From positions 1 through 64,000 of the forward strand of contig MCFE01000058.1 of assembly GCA_002104905.1 (NCBI GenBank): a stretch of DNA of 64,000 nucleotides, read 5' to 3'. This document shows positions 23,282 to 36,251 of this stretch, piece by piece. Every line of letters starts with the position of its first letter. Positions within the stretch are counted from its first letter, which is position 1. The notes beneath the pieces were generated by a model, which had not been told where the DNA came from, ran no database searches, and saw only the letters and a program-made list of their open reading frames with translations. The position numbers were made by a program, and so were the translations under genes. This stretch comes from Basidiobolus meristosporus CBS 931.73. Taxonomy: Eukaryota; Fungi; Basidiobolomycota.

Positions 23282-23859
23282 GATGGGCTGAGGATGAAGG
23301 GAATTGAAAGCTGCTATCAAGTTATATGGAGGAATGCACCTTGGAACGGCTGTTGACTAGGAAGCAAAGGGAGTTGGCAACTGCTGGCATCACAAATGAT
23401 TGGTAAATTGAAGCAGGTGCTGCAATGACAGCGAATTAAGGTGTTGGATCTGATGTCAGATCCTGCCGCGGACTGGTTTTATTCTGATGAGTGGACATGG
23501 AACTCGGTAATGCATTCTGGTACGTGATTCCAAGCATGATTATAGCCTGAGAACGGATATGATTTCTGACACGAAAATTACATTTCATTTCGTTTAATTT
23601 CCCACAGTCGAAGCCAAAATGCTAGGGATATCTACGCACCAAGGATATTGTCTTCCCGCCAAACAGGAAAAATGCGTGTTGCGTTTTATGGACTGGGTGC
23701 AGTGGGGAGCCATATGTCAGGTTTGAAGTTCAACAGAATACGCTTCAAAGTCTGCTACAACTTTCGTACATTCACGTTGCAGATTGTTTACTTTGGCTGT
23801 ATCCCATTCACCACTCGCAAGCAGCTTCCTCACGAAAGATTTCGTAGATCTTATTAAGT

Positions 23860-24830
23860 TTGCGCTACATTAGAAGAAAAGGAAGTCAGAGGCTGGCAAA
23901 GGTGGCACAATGCATTCTACTCACCTCAACTTTGCGTGTGCTCTCTAGATAGTCGTGGTTCTGATGGACGATGAAATCGTTCGGGAGGACCCAGTGCTCA
24001 ATACCCGACAAATAGATCTCATACGGACAGGCAGCTTTGTTCCCGCCGTAGCCAAGGAACCTTTCGTTGGACCACGGCGCCCCTTCTTTTTTAACAATCA
24101 CATATGGTTGCTTGCTGGCGTACCACCTGGTGTAGTCAGTGGAACCATGCCCGTTTACCCGAGATTTATGAAACATATCTACTCTCTTCTCCTGCACCAG
24201 GCCCAACAAGTCCGGCTTTGTTCATGGGAAGATGGAAGCATCCCTGCCTTCATTAAGGACGCTATACTTGAAGGCTGGGAATACTATTGCCACTTGACCG
24301 TCCTTCATACGCTTCATCATTTCTGGATAGCCCTTCAGATTTTGGCGAAAATCGACGCACAGATAGGAATCAACATTCAACAGAAGGAAATAGTCGGTAC
24401 GGCTGAAAAAACGCGCTACATTTACAAGGTGAACATCAACTCAAGTCTTCATCAAGGGGTTGGAATCATACATCTGTGCTAGCCGGTGTACAACCTCTTC
24501 TTTCTTGTCGTCATCGGGCACATGGAGAGCAACCGATATAGCCCCTCTAGAAGAGTGGTTTAGACAGGGAATTTTAGCTCAAGCCGCATTCGCCACTTAC
24601 CCTGGTAGGTTTGTACCAACTCCTCAGACACATGGAAACGATCGGAAGTTGTCAGAGTGGCTACTGTGATATCTTCCTTTGAAGGAGCCAGCTTCATTGC
24701 ATAGTAGTATGGTCTCAGAACCGTGGGTTGCAGGCTATCCGAAAAGAGTTTCGAGACAACGTGCTCTTGTTCTATTGAACGAAACTCGTTAGCAAGTAGC
24801 CAAAACCTACCAAGAGCCACTTTTACCACA
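23860..24830 (-). pseudogene. Glycosyltransferase family 49 (LARGE/B4GAT1-like) pseudogene
   Basis: DITVATLTT.DRF, AISVALHV, NVARFFSRTDY...VD, PW.NERFLGYGGNKAAC.YEIYLSG..HWVLPNDFIVHQNH. In-frame TGA codons at about 24437 and 24224, and an apparent deletion before NVARFF. Confidence 0.75.
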
Positions 24831-25556
24831 TTGCTCTAGCCAGGCGAGATGCGGTTCAGGGTTGGGCACGCCTGTGATTGCAAGTTGCCTTTAGTTGGCT
24901 ATGGGATTCTGTGGAATCATGGAGCGTCGCTTCAGACTGTTTGAGTCTCGAAAGTAATGAACGGTATACACCATAGAGATAAAAGATATCCCAAGAACAG
25001 CCACCTCACAATCCTGGGTAAAGAGTATTTTGCTCGCATACTTAGTGGCTTAAGGGGCGTATGAATAATCAACATAAGCTATCGTAATAAGATTTAAACA
25101 GCAACTGAGTCTAAGCAGGGGCCGATGCTAATCAATACCCAACTCTAGTCTGCATGGCTAAAAGAAGCCATCCTGGGCCCTGCTACGAGTGCTCTCTATG
25201 CATGATTTTTGGGTTCTGTAACGCTCTCTTGAATCACACTAGTTCAGCAACAGACAGCACTTGTAGGTTCACCAACCACGCAACCACGCAACCAACCACA
25301 GGCGCAGAGATTGTGTGACTACAAATTCTAAAAGCGAACTAATTTAGAATTACAATTGTGGATGGATCGGGAATTGCTCCAATCAATGTACAATGAGCGC
25401 ATTCTTAATCAGTTGACGCCAACCCTCAGCAGCCTCTGTCGAAACACTTTGATTGTTTGCTTTTTGCTGAGCTCACCTATTGACACTTGATGGTCCTTGC
25501 GAAACTGCTTTCTTCTCGGCAAATAATAACAAACCTCTCTTGACATATCTACACTT

Positions 25557-27491
25557 ATGGCGAAGCACGCGTCTCCTCTCGAGGAGGAATATTATTCAAG
25601 CTGGGCTATCCTGATCTTCCTCACGCTGCTGTTTCTGATATTATGGATAAGCTACCAGATGAAGCTTCACAAAGTTCACTTCTTGCACGAATCGGTGGTC
25701 TCCATTTTTGTTGGTAAGTGAAGGATTGAGCCGCACGGGGAGCATCGGACTGATCCGTTGTCTAGGTATGTTTGTCGGCTTTGTTATCAGAATTTCCCCC
25801 GACTCCGTTCTACAGAACCTTATGACCTTCGATCCGGCTTTCTTCCTGAATCTGATTCTTCCGCCGATCATTCTGAATTCAGGCTACGAGCTCAAGAGGG
25901 TTAGTCAACTGAGTCCCCAGTCCGTCGAGATAGACCATGTAGCTTACACTTTACACTAGTATCGATTCTTTCGCCATATCGGGACTATATTGGTTTTTGC
26001 ACTTCTCGGGACCTTCACTACTGCATTGATTATGGGGTAAATCCGGCATTCGATTTGTTCCTCACCGTCCCATTAACCTCAGCCCACACCTCGATAGTGC
26101 CTTCACATATATCATCACCCTTATCGGGCCGGAGGATATAAATCTCACCCTGAATGAGTGCTTCATGTTTGGCTCGGTTCTGTCTTCGACTGATCCAGTT
26201 ACCGTGCTGGCCATCTTCTCGCAACTGAAAGTGGATCCCAAGCTTTATTCCATCATCTTCGGGGAGAGCATCCTGAACGACGCGGTCTCCATTGTGCTGT
26301 ACGAGTAAGTACCAGTAGTAGCCTGGATACTAGACCATCATACTGATCACAGCCCCTGATTAGGACGCTAAGAAAGTACCACGACTCCGAGCTGCATCTC
26401 TCCAACGTCTTGCTGGGGATCGGGACATTCATAGTGAGCTTCACCTCCTCCATGGCCATCGGCATAGTGGTTGGTATGGTGTGCGCGCTCATGCTCAAGT
26501 ATTCCCAACTCCACCGGTTCCCAGGGATCGAGTCCGCCCTGGTCACCATTATGGCGTACGGCTCATACTTCCTGGCGAATGCCCTTGAGATGTCAGGTAT
26601 AGGCCGTTGTACAGATGGCATTGTGCACCTCAGCCTTCTAACGCGATTCGCGACATCCAGGAATCGTGGCTTTATTGTTCACTGGAATAGTAATGAAGCA
26701 CTACGCGTACGACAACATGTCGGTGCGATGCCAGCGGTCCACCAAATACATGTTTCAAATCCTATGCAAGCTGGCAGAAAACTTCATCTTCATCTACCTT
26801 GGGGTGACCATGTTCACGAATGTGGATGATGTGTATCGGCCCTTCTTCATTGTTTCCACCCTGGTGAGGATCCTCTCAATGTTCCAATGGCACTTCCACT
26901 TGCTAACTCCAGCTGCGACATCGCCAGGTTGTCATGTGCGTTGCGCGCTATTGTGCGATTTTCGGCTTCTCCAAACTCATCAACCTTGGCTCCAAGCATT
27001 TCTTCAAGCGGCCAGGGGAAGCAATTGTCGAAAAGCACCAATTTATGTTGTTTTGGGCCGGGCTCCGCGGCGCCGTATCGTTTGTATTGGCTATTGGAAT
27101 GATGGACTATGATGGGGCAGTGGTCCGGACCACCACCCTCATGGTGATAGTTCTAAGTGTGGTCGTGTTTGGTGGCACCGCCCCTTACATGCTCAACCGG
27201 TTCAATATTGCGACTGGGGTGGAGGATTCTGACAACGATAGTTCGGAAAATGAAGCCGGCCTTCCTTCAGGGCAGGCTGCTAAGCGCGAGAGTCGAAAGC
27301 CACGCCATGCTGGTCAGCGTCATCGGGATTCATCTGCTGTTTGGATAGAGGAAGAGGCGCTTCTGGACGAGGAGAAATTTCGCCACAAGACACCAGCCTC
27401 CCGTTACGATAATCACTGGTTCACCTCATTCGATAACCGACACCTAAAGCCCCTCCTAACAAACATGAAAAGTGGAGCTCGTGCGGATTAA
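25557..27491 (+). CDS. NHX1: Na+(K+)/H+ exchanger, CPA1 family, paralog B (multi-exon)
   Basis: [70 protein letters not shown]. Intron positions checked match paralog A. Confidence 0.9.
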
Positions 27492-27615
27492 GCTTTGTTG
27501 ATTTTTGCGCTTTGCGCTGCCTCTATAGACACAATAAATGCAAATAAATCATTATCATTCACAGGCTGCTGGAGTTGGCCAGTTCTGCTCCGTGCTAAGA
27601 CATTCTCATGAATTT

Positions 27616-28961
27616 ATGGATGACGATGATGCGGTCAGGTGGCTTAGGGTGCATGTAGAAATCCGGAGTAGTCATGACATGTACCTCAGGAGAGGCACAC
27701 CAACCACCACCACCACCGCCATCACTACCCTTCCACCGTTGACTCTTGTGCTCTCAGAATGTTTGCAAGCTTAGACGCCTACCGTTCGCCCAGTCTACGT
27801 CCTTTCTCTCCCACCTCTAATTCCGACGTCATATCCCTAAGTGACAGTCATCCCAACGCCAACAAAGCTCCCTTCATTATAGGTGTTGCGGGTGGCCCAG
27901 GGGCCGGCAAAGTAAGTGTTTCCAAGAGTTTGATGAATAGAGCGTGAAGCGCCTGAAACAAGCGAATCCATTGAAGCCCCAAGTATGCCACCGCTTATTC
28001 AACCCGAGTTTGCTTTCTATCCACGTAGAGTAAGGTGTGCAAGCTAGTTGTCGAGCGTCTGAAGCCTCACGAGAACTCCCAGATACAGAAGGTTGTGATT
28101 CTGAGTTTGTTTCGCTTTCTAAGAGAGTTTGAGGGAGAAGATCTGGAGGCGGCGTTGCAAGGAAATATGAACATCGAGCATCCAGGTAAGCCCCAACCTC
28201 CAACTCCACCCGCTCTCTTCTCGATACCAACGAAGCAATCCAAGATGCATACGACTTTGATCTACTCGCTGAGCTTCTTTCCGAACTGCGCCAAGGGAAT
28301 CCGATCGACCTTCCCATATATGATTTTTCTCGGTGGAGAAGGTATCGAATCATTAGCTTCAATTCCCTCCAACCCAGCGCTAACAGAATCCCAGATGCGC
28401 CGAGACAGAAAGATGGGGCGATCCACTGCCGGATGTTGTAATCCTTGAAGGATGCCTGGTCCTGTTTGACTCCAAGGTCCGGCATTTTCTGTCCATGAAG
28501 ATATTTGCCGACGTGGACTCGGATACTAGACTCATCAACCTCGGTAATTTTGAAATTATCCCAGCCAAGTCTTGGGCCACCGTGATTAACTTCGGATCTA
28601 GTGAACAAGGAGCTGTCCAAGAAAGAAGGGAACATCGACAGGATCATCACCAGATACACACACGTACGAAAGCCGACATTCGAGCATTTCATTTTCCCGG
28701 TAATTGGCCAAACAGTCGGTATGCGTCAGTTCACTCCAGCTAATCTACATCCCCCCCCCCGTGTAGACCAAGAAGAGCGCCGACATCATCATGCCAAGGG
28801 GATTCGAAAACACAGTTGCCATCGACCTCATTACCGAACATGTCAATGCCATCCTAACCGCGCAAGTCCCAGCCATTGCCCCGCACGAGCTGGAGAATCC
28901 CTACGTGGTGTCCGACATCTACGACAAACCAAAAAGGATCTTTACCCCCATTCCCGAATGA
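27616..28961 (+). CDS. Uridine-kinase-like protein (PRK/UK P-loop family, no UPRT domain), multi-exon; start uncertain
   Basis: FIIGVAGGPGAGK|S, NIEHP|DAYDFDLL, PDVVILEG.L, KIFADVDSDTRL, KP.FE.FI.P|TK..ADII.PRG.EN.VAIDLI.EH. Confidence 0.8.
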
Positions 28962-29006
28962 ATGGATTTTATTGTTAGGATATGCGCAGAATGCCTCAAT
29001 AAACTC

Positions 29007-30649
29007 CTAGTTGGTCTTCTTTTTTGGGACTCCTGCATCACGGTTGTACAGCCATACAATAGAAAACACGACGAACCCAACTAGCATGGAGCCAGCGCTA
29101 ACATAATAAGGGAATGCCACTGTCAAGAATCTTGGGTATTCGTTGTGGCGATAGGGTCGAATGGGCACCACATCTTTCTCCAAAACATAGGATAGGCCTG
29201 CTCTCTTGTAATTGACTCGAAGGGTGTATACTCCATACACATCCGGAAGAGCAATGTGGCCAACGTATTTGGTGCTGCTGGGGGATTCGCTTTGGGTGCG
29301 GTTCAGGGTGACGCGGACATAGGGATCCAGCATGATTGCCTCGAACTGGACATCAGGTGCGCTGTATGGATGCCAGCTGTTGTCGAAATACTCAGACAAC
29401 TCGATCTCGTAAACCTTCGAAGAGTCAGATTAGTACCTGGGTCGGCTCCAACACGTGTCCCCATACGTACAATGTTATCGTTGATTCTGTACCAGCCAGG
29501 GAATTCCTCCTCTTCGACCTTGTGGTGCTTGACACTGACAGCCTTAAGAACACCCTTTTCCTGGAATGTCCATTGGCTTAACTCGTTGAAGAAAGCCTCG
29601 TTACCTGATTTAACATATCTGAAAGCTCCTTTAGCATCCTGGACACATCCGTTTAATCATCATACGCGAAACGAACCTTTTCTCCGAACCATGGATCTTT
29701 ACTGAGGAGGTGGCGAATCTAAAGGGCGAAATTAGTACCGAGTCGTCGCCACCGCTCTGCTCCTTGTGGCTTACCTATCGCTGAACAGATCCAGGGAGCC
29801 GGAGAAAGTGACCCTAGCATTGTTTAATGCCTGGTGAGAGCTAACTAAAGCGATCTCACTTCCGATTAGAGTAATGTCATCGTCAACAACCATGTTCTCC
29901 TTGGTTTCGTAGGAGTAGGCGGTGGGATTGGCTTTCAAGATCGCCGTGGTGTAAACAAGGGGGGATACGAGATGGCCGATACCGTTGAACAGAACGGGTG
30001 CTCCCTCTCTGACAGTTGGGCTGAAGATTGCTGTCACCGGAGTGAAACGATCGGAAGCAATCACTGTGTGTTCGGAAGTTTCGTTATATTGGAAATGGTC
30101 GATGACACTAGTTCCCTGGTTGTCGAAATCAATCCCTAGTTGGGCGGCAAATTGCTGTATCACCGGGCTCATGGCGGAGCTACTTGCTACCAGGATGTTT
30201 CCTCCTTTGTTGGTGAAATCGACCAGGGTAGTCGCGGTAAGAGAACCTCCGTATTCTATTAAATAACCAAAGGAGAAGTTGAGTATTCCATGTTTCATGT
30301 GCAGTGAGCGAGCAGACAGTGAGGAGTACTTTTGGTGCTTGGGGAGAACAAAACGAGGTGATCGAAATTACGCTCATCATATTGAATAAGGTTCAACGAC
30401 GGGTCGGTGGCGTCATTGAAGGTCAACTGATAGCCACGTTCTGGAAAATAAAGACGTGAGGAAAAACATTCCGCAAGGACAAGGTTGAGCAAGGCGGGTA
30501 TTACCAGTCAAGGAGTTGAAGAAAATGGAATACTGATCTTTGGCAGCGATCTCATCCAAAAGCACCAGCACCTTGTCTCCGGTTAGAGACTTTGCAGAAG
30601 CTAGCAAGGAACAAGGTAGTAAAGCCAATAAAGAATACAACAGACGCAT
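29007..30649 (-). CDS. WBP1: Oligosaccharyltransferase 48-kDa subunit (OST48/DDOST), multi-exon
   Basis: Signal peptide, VLVLLD, F...GGNILVA, QALNNARVTFSGSLDLFSD, DVQFEAIMLDPYVRVTL, LPDVYGVYTLRVNYKR.G, VPIRPYRHNEYPRFL..AFPYY, TM helix, KKTN ER-retrieval tail. Confidence 0.95.
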
Positions 30650-30859
30650 GTTTACTGCTGACCAAGTAGTGTGTGGCAAGACAATAATTAGTCTAAGTAA
30701 TTCTCGCCGAGTTGGAAGGCAATGGTTAAGTGAATCAGTATAAAAGCCAGCATAGCAGATTCTATTGGTCTGATAGAGAACCCATTTGATTGGAACACAT
30801 ATAGCGTCACATATTTCCAATTTCCATCTTTGTCCTTCCATGGGTTGATTGAGCAGAGC

Positions 30860-31018
30860 ATGAATGGTTAGTGAGCATATGGTTGAATAGTTGTGAATGC
30901 ATGGCAGTGAGTACGTGGTGAATGGGTCGTGAGCATATGGATGAATGGTTAGTGAGCATATGGTTGAATAGTTGTGAATGCATGGCCAGTGAGTACGTGG
31001 TTGAATGGGTCGTGAGCA
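30860..31018. repeat. Tandem duplication of an 81-bp unit built from GTGAGCATATGG/TGAATGG sub-repeats
   Basis: ATGAATGGTTAGTGAGCATATGG at 30860 and 30941. Confidence 0.85.
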
Positions 31019-31100
31019 ACAAGTCAGGTTTATTAGGATTATATCAGCGTGGGTGGTGGAAAGGATCTCTATTTATACATATGAACAAAAGAAAAGGATT

Positions 31101-32348
31101 TTACACCTTGATGACGCGTGTGTCGTACTCGACCTCCTCCTCTTCTGACTCCCCTTCCTCCCCTCCTTCCTCATCGGTATCCTCGTACAATATAGAGGTC
31201 AATCTCTCTGCAACCAATGGCATCTCGATCATGGTGTAGGGGGCGATCTCGAAAGAGAAAGCAAGGTCTCGTAGACGAAGAGAGGTTTTGGGCGGAGGGG
31301 CGCTGAGCTTGGTTGGTTGCATTTCGTATACACTCTTGGCCAGGTTCTTTTTGAAGAAGATATCGCTTCGCTCCCGGAGATTGGGTGGTGCGTCGGAAGT
31401 GATGATCCCCATGGACCGGTTACACCTAACCTTATATATACAATTGCTGATGATGGTTTTGAGGTGACTCTGTGGAAAAAGTTAGCCAAGGCTGGATTGA
31501 TCTGGTTCAGGTGATATACCTCAAGTGCGTATTGCAGAACTTCGATACTGTCGGGTGTAACTCCGTTTAGCAGTCCGTGTTCCAATGCTATTGTTGTCAT
31601 TCTCTCGTGCAATATCTCTCCGTCGGGAAGCTCCTTGGAATCATAGCACAGAGGCGCTTGGTATCCTTTGTTGACCTCGCTTATGTAGTCTACATCACTC
31701 TGGGGTTAGCAAGTCATCGTGAATGGGGCGTGGTAGTACTGCACTTACTCGGCGGAATACCACCAGAAGGGAAGGGAAGACTACGTGCAGTCGACCTCAG
31801 AGGAAGGGGTTTAGAGGGAGCTGTGCGTGTTTTCTACAGAATCGTCTCATCATTCGAAACAAATCCAAGAGACTAGATGGTAGATATGATTGTACTCACC
31901 AAGAGCACTTTGATTCTGTCCCGATCCGCCTTCTTCAGTGATAGAATGTCCTGTCTCAGCTTCTTCCTTTTTGGGTCTTTTTCCAGTGATGTGCGATCCT
32001 TTTTGCGTTTCAACCACTTGGTAGACCGCTGGTTAGGCGGTGGCGGTGCTGATTTCTGAGCATTTGATATATTGGCCAAGATGAAAGCATTATGTAGTTT
32101 CACTAAGGAGGGTTAACATCATACAAGCACCTCAGAGCAAAGGAAAAAGAGAAGGAAGTACCGTGTTCTCTAGGAATATACAGATTTGCGTAGAAATCAA
32201 ATTCTTGTCTATTGAGCTTTCCGGTGACGAAATCCTTCAAGGCGTTCCAGTAGAGGGGGCCATTCTCACCAAGTGTGTCAGCAAGCTTCTGCTTCAAAGC
32301 CAGAACGTCGTGACGTCCGTTTTTCGTGTCTTTGGTGTCATTTTTCAT
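31101..32348 (-). CDS. HFI1: SAGA complex subunit Ada1/Hfi1 (TADA1), multi-exon
   Basis: LK.KL...LG..G..YW.AL.DF..GKLNRQEFD, HNAFILAN, RM..IALEHGL..GV......L..ALE..L. Confidence 0.8.
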
Positions 32349-32709
32349 ACTACACACAAGTGATGTTCGTTTGTTCACCAAGTCAGATATTTACTACTTC
32401 TAGCGTAGTCACTTCCTTAAAGGGGACTTCGGCTATAGTCAAAAATGTAGGAATATCCTAGCACAAATTCCAAGGATTTTTTTTAAGAACATCATTTCCT
32501 TTCGAGTCATTTGACCTCATGTTACTTACTGCAGAGATGTTAATTGACGTTGATTCATGGCAAAATAACAATGGGATCTTACCAGCGTGTTACCCTTTCT
32601 GATCCGTGGGCTCGGTATTATGGGTCTAGATTCAATTGTTTACGATAAGTATGGTAGTTGGCGTGATATTGTGATTACCGAGCCCTTCTTGCTTCTACTG
32701 CCAACGACT

Positions 32710-33885
32710 ATGTCCCTTGTCGAAAAGATTCAGAAAACCCACGAAGATTCCCTCAGAAAAGGCGAGCTGGTTTTTATTGAGACCGAAATAGAGTCTTTTG
32801 TGGAAGATGGCGTTGAGGTTTGTTGCTGATTTAGTAGATCTGAGGTGGACACGACACTGAACACCTTTTTGTAGTACCAATTACGTTTGGTACCTCAACT
32901 AGACAAAAAGCCCGAGCAAACCGCCGAGGCAGTAAACGCAGAGAAAGCAGCTACTTCCGTCAATCCCTTCCTTCCATACAATCCAGACTTGTTCGTAACC
33001 GAATTCGAGGACCATGTGGTGTTGTTGAATAAGTTTTGTGTAGTTCCTGGACATCTTCTTGTCGTCACCAAAGGTAAAAAGCCACACGCCGCCTCACACC
33101 CAAGCCGATTTTCTAATCCCCTGAACGTAGAGTTTGAGCGCCAGTCGTTACCCCTCAACCCGTCCGATTTCGCTGCACTCTGGAAAACAATGTCAAGCAT
33201 TGAAAGCAATACCCTTGGTTTTTACAATTGCGGAGCAATGTCGGGTGCTAGGTAATGTTTGCCTTCCCGGACCCTCAAGTTCTTATACTGATACAGGCAT
33301 TTCTTGCAGCCAACCCCACAAGCATATGCAAATCCTTCCATTAGGGCAGCTCGAATCCCCTCCAGTCGAGCCACTGTTCAAAGGGGCTAATCTCACCCCA
33401 GGTAGGTAGCGGGAGCGTGAACCACGTGCGAAAATCCTCTAATTCGTCAACCAACAGGAAAAACCGGACAATTGCCAGGTCTTCCTTTCTTGCACTATGC
33501 AGTCCTCTTTGACCAAGAAAAGATCAAGGAGCTAGGAAACCCTGAGGCTGTTGGTGACTACCTGGTTGATCTTTACTCTGATCTTTTGGACTCTATTTTT
33601 GAGGAAGTTACCAAGTACCACCTAAGCGAAGGGGTTCGTTTGCTAGGCTCGGTCTCGTACAATCTGCTGGTCACCTCCAAGTGGATGCTTATTGTTCCAC
33701 GTAAGGAGGACAAATTCGGCCAGATCTCGGTCAATTCACTCGGCTTCTCGGGCTTGTTGCTTGTCAGATCCAAAGAGGACTTGAATGTTGTGAAGAGAAC
33801 AGGCTACTTGAACTTACTCTCTGCACTCGGATATCCTCTACCCAAAGCAAAGCCAGTCCAATCGGAGGCTCTACCTTCTTTATAA
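32710..33885 (+). CDS. APA2: Ap4A phosphorylase / ATP adenylyltransferase (Apa1/Apa2 family), multi-exon
   Basis: NPFLPYNPDLFV, LLNKFCVV.GHLLVVT, LGFYNCGAMSGA|SQPHKHMQ (HxHxQ), SYNLL.T..WM.IVPR, VNSLGF.G.LLV. Confidence 0.9.
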
Positions 33886-34516
33886 CAAATAGACCACCGA
33901 ATAAACCGCCAGATCAACCGCCAGATCAACCGCCTCTTCCATATCTCCACTTTGATCCACCCTCCAGAATTAGTAGTGATACATGTATAAAGCTAGGCTC
34001 AACCACTTCAGACGCCATGATTCCGCTCACCCTTGACCGTGGGTATTTTCCATGCCCCAGGGCTCACCCGAGGGAGTGACAAATGATACAGCATATGCAC
34101 CATGCGATCGCCAAATCGGCTAAATAACTGTGTAATTGCTGGACATTTAATTCTCACCCGGCAATTACGTTGACATGGTACTTTCTCAGCTAATTGTGCG
34201 GGGGTGATAGGTGATCTAGAAATATTGGGTGGAGAGAGAGGCTTTACATCTGAAGCATTATAGCTATATTAATTATCTAATTTATGAGAACCGCGCTCTA
34301 AAATGTGCCTGATTTCCATACCAATCGAGTCATCTGATTGTATTTGGAAGATACGGATCCCAATCTGGCCACTGTGCAGGCCACTGTGCTAAATCAACGA
34401 ATACTGACAGTCACGATTAGAGAGCTGGGTGAAGGCCAATAAATACCGGCTGCCGCTCTTATCTTGCGTGAACCCACTCCCCCTCCTGACAGTTTCCCTG
34501 TACAATATAGTCTGCT

Positions 34517-36054
34517 ATGAAACTGATTTCTGCCTCGGACGTTGCTAAACACGACTCCCAAAAATCCTGCTGGATGATCATCCATGGCAAAGTTTATGAC
34601 CTCACAAACTTCCTGGAAGAGCACCCTGGTGGAAAAAAGATCCTCCTGAAATATGCTGGCAAGGATGCGACTGAGGCATTCGACCCTATTCATCCCAAAG
34701 ACATCATCGCCAAGTATCTGCCTCCTGAAGTCTGTCTAGGTGAGATCGACGTCTCCACAATTGTTGCCGAGAAGAAGGAAGAAACCCCGGAGGAAAAGGC
34801 ACGCCAACTTGCTATCCAAAACAAACCACACATCTCCGAGATGCTGAATCTGCACGACTTCGAGGCCGTCGCCAAGCAGGTCCTGAGGGCCGATGCTTGG
34901 GCATATTATTCCTCGGGCGCTGACGATGAAATCACTCTACGTGAGAACCATAACGCTTTCCATCGTATCTGGTTGAAACCTCGAGTTATGGTCAACGTGA
35001 CACACGTAGACATGAGCACCAAGCTACTTGGATACGACAGCTCCTTCCCACTCTACATCACTGCCTGTGCCTTAGGTTTGTTGGCAACAAGCGACACTTT
35101 CGCGAACAATCGCTAACCCACTTATTCCTAGGGAAACTTGGCCATCCTGAAGGAGAGGTTATCTTGACCAGAGCTGCAAACAAGCAAAAGATCATCCAGC
35201 TACTCCCTACGCTTGCCTCCTGCTCATTGGACGAGATGGTGAACGCATCCGTCGTAGGCCAGATCCTGTTCTATCAGCTTTATGTGAACTCCGATCGTAA
35301 AATCTCGGAACAAATCGTGCGTACTGCAGAGGCCAAGGGATGCAAGGCGTTGTTCATCACAGTAGACGCCCCTCAGCTAGGCCGCAGAGAGAAGGACATG
35401 AGGCAGAAGTTTGTGATCAATCCTCCGGACATGCAAGATGACAAGGATCTGAAGACACGTGACGAGGGAGCGGCCAGAGCAATCTCGAAATTCATCGACC
35501 CTGGGCTTTGCTGGGAAGACATTAAATGGTTCAAGTCCATCACCAGAATGCCGATCATTATCAAGGGAATCCAATCGGCTGAAGACTCGGTACTTGCATG
35601 GCAACATGGCTGCCAAGGGATTGTCATCTCCAACCACGGTGGCCGACAGCTGGATACCTCCCCATCGGCGATTGAGATTCTTCCATCGGCCATCGCCGCA
35701 CTGAAGGCCGCTGGCGCCGACCTCAACAAGTTCGAGGTCTACATCGATGGAGGTATCCGCCGTGGCTCCGACATCTTTAAGGCCATCGCGCTGGGTGCTA
35801 AAGCGGTTGGCTTGGGACGCCCTACATTGTATGGCATGTCCACCTACGGCGAAGCGGGAGTCGAACGAGTTCTGCAACTACTCAAGGACGAGTTCGAAAT
35901 GGTGATGCGCCTGATGGGGGTCACCTCCATTGATCAAATCACCCCAGATATGGTCGACATTAGAAACCTTGGGAACCACATCTCCACTGTCCCACGCGAC
36001 TACCTCTCAAGTGGGGTTTACGACAAGATGTTGCCCAGACGATCAAAGCTATAA
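34517..36054 (+). CDS. CYB2: Flavocytochrome b2 / L-lactate dehydrogenase (cytochrome b5 domain plus FMN alpha-hydroxy acid dehydrogenase); join(34517..35075,35132..36054)
   Basis: HPGG heme motif, AWAYYSSGADDEITLREN, TVDAPQLGRREKD, SNHGGRQLD, DGGIRRGSDIFKA; C-terminal SKL. Confidence 0.93.
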
Positions 36055-36251
36055 ATGCGGGGCGATCGTAGCTGTAGATATTGATTTCATGTCATTTGTT
36101 TTCCAATCTGCCCAAGTTTATTCTACATTGATATAAAGACTAACAAAAATGGTTGAATACATGTACTACCTATACTCCCGAAACACACGATGGTCTACCT
36201 ATACTCACAGAATATACAATGGTCCAACTTACAGCCGTAGCTTGGTTTGTG

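Noticed and set aside
33903-33935. 12-bp repeat AACCGCCAGATC x about 2.7, and microsatellites at about 7410 and 25275
   Set aside because: Ordinary slippage repeats with no further structure.
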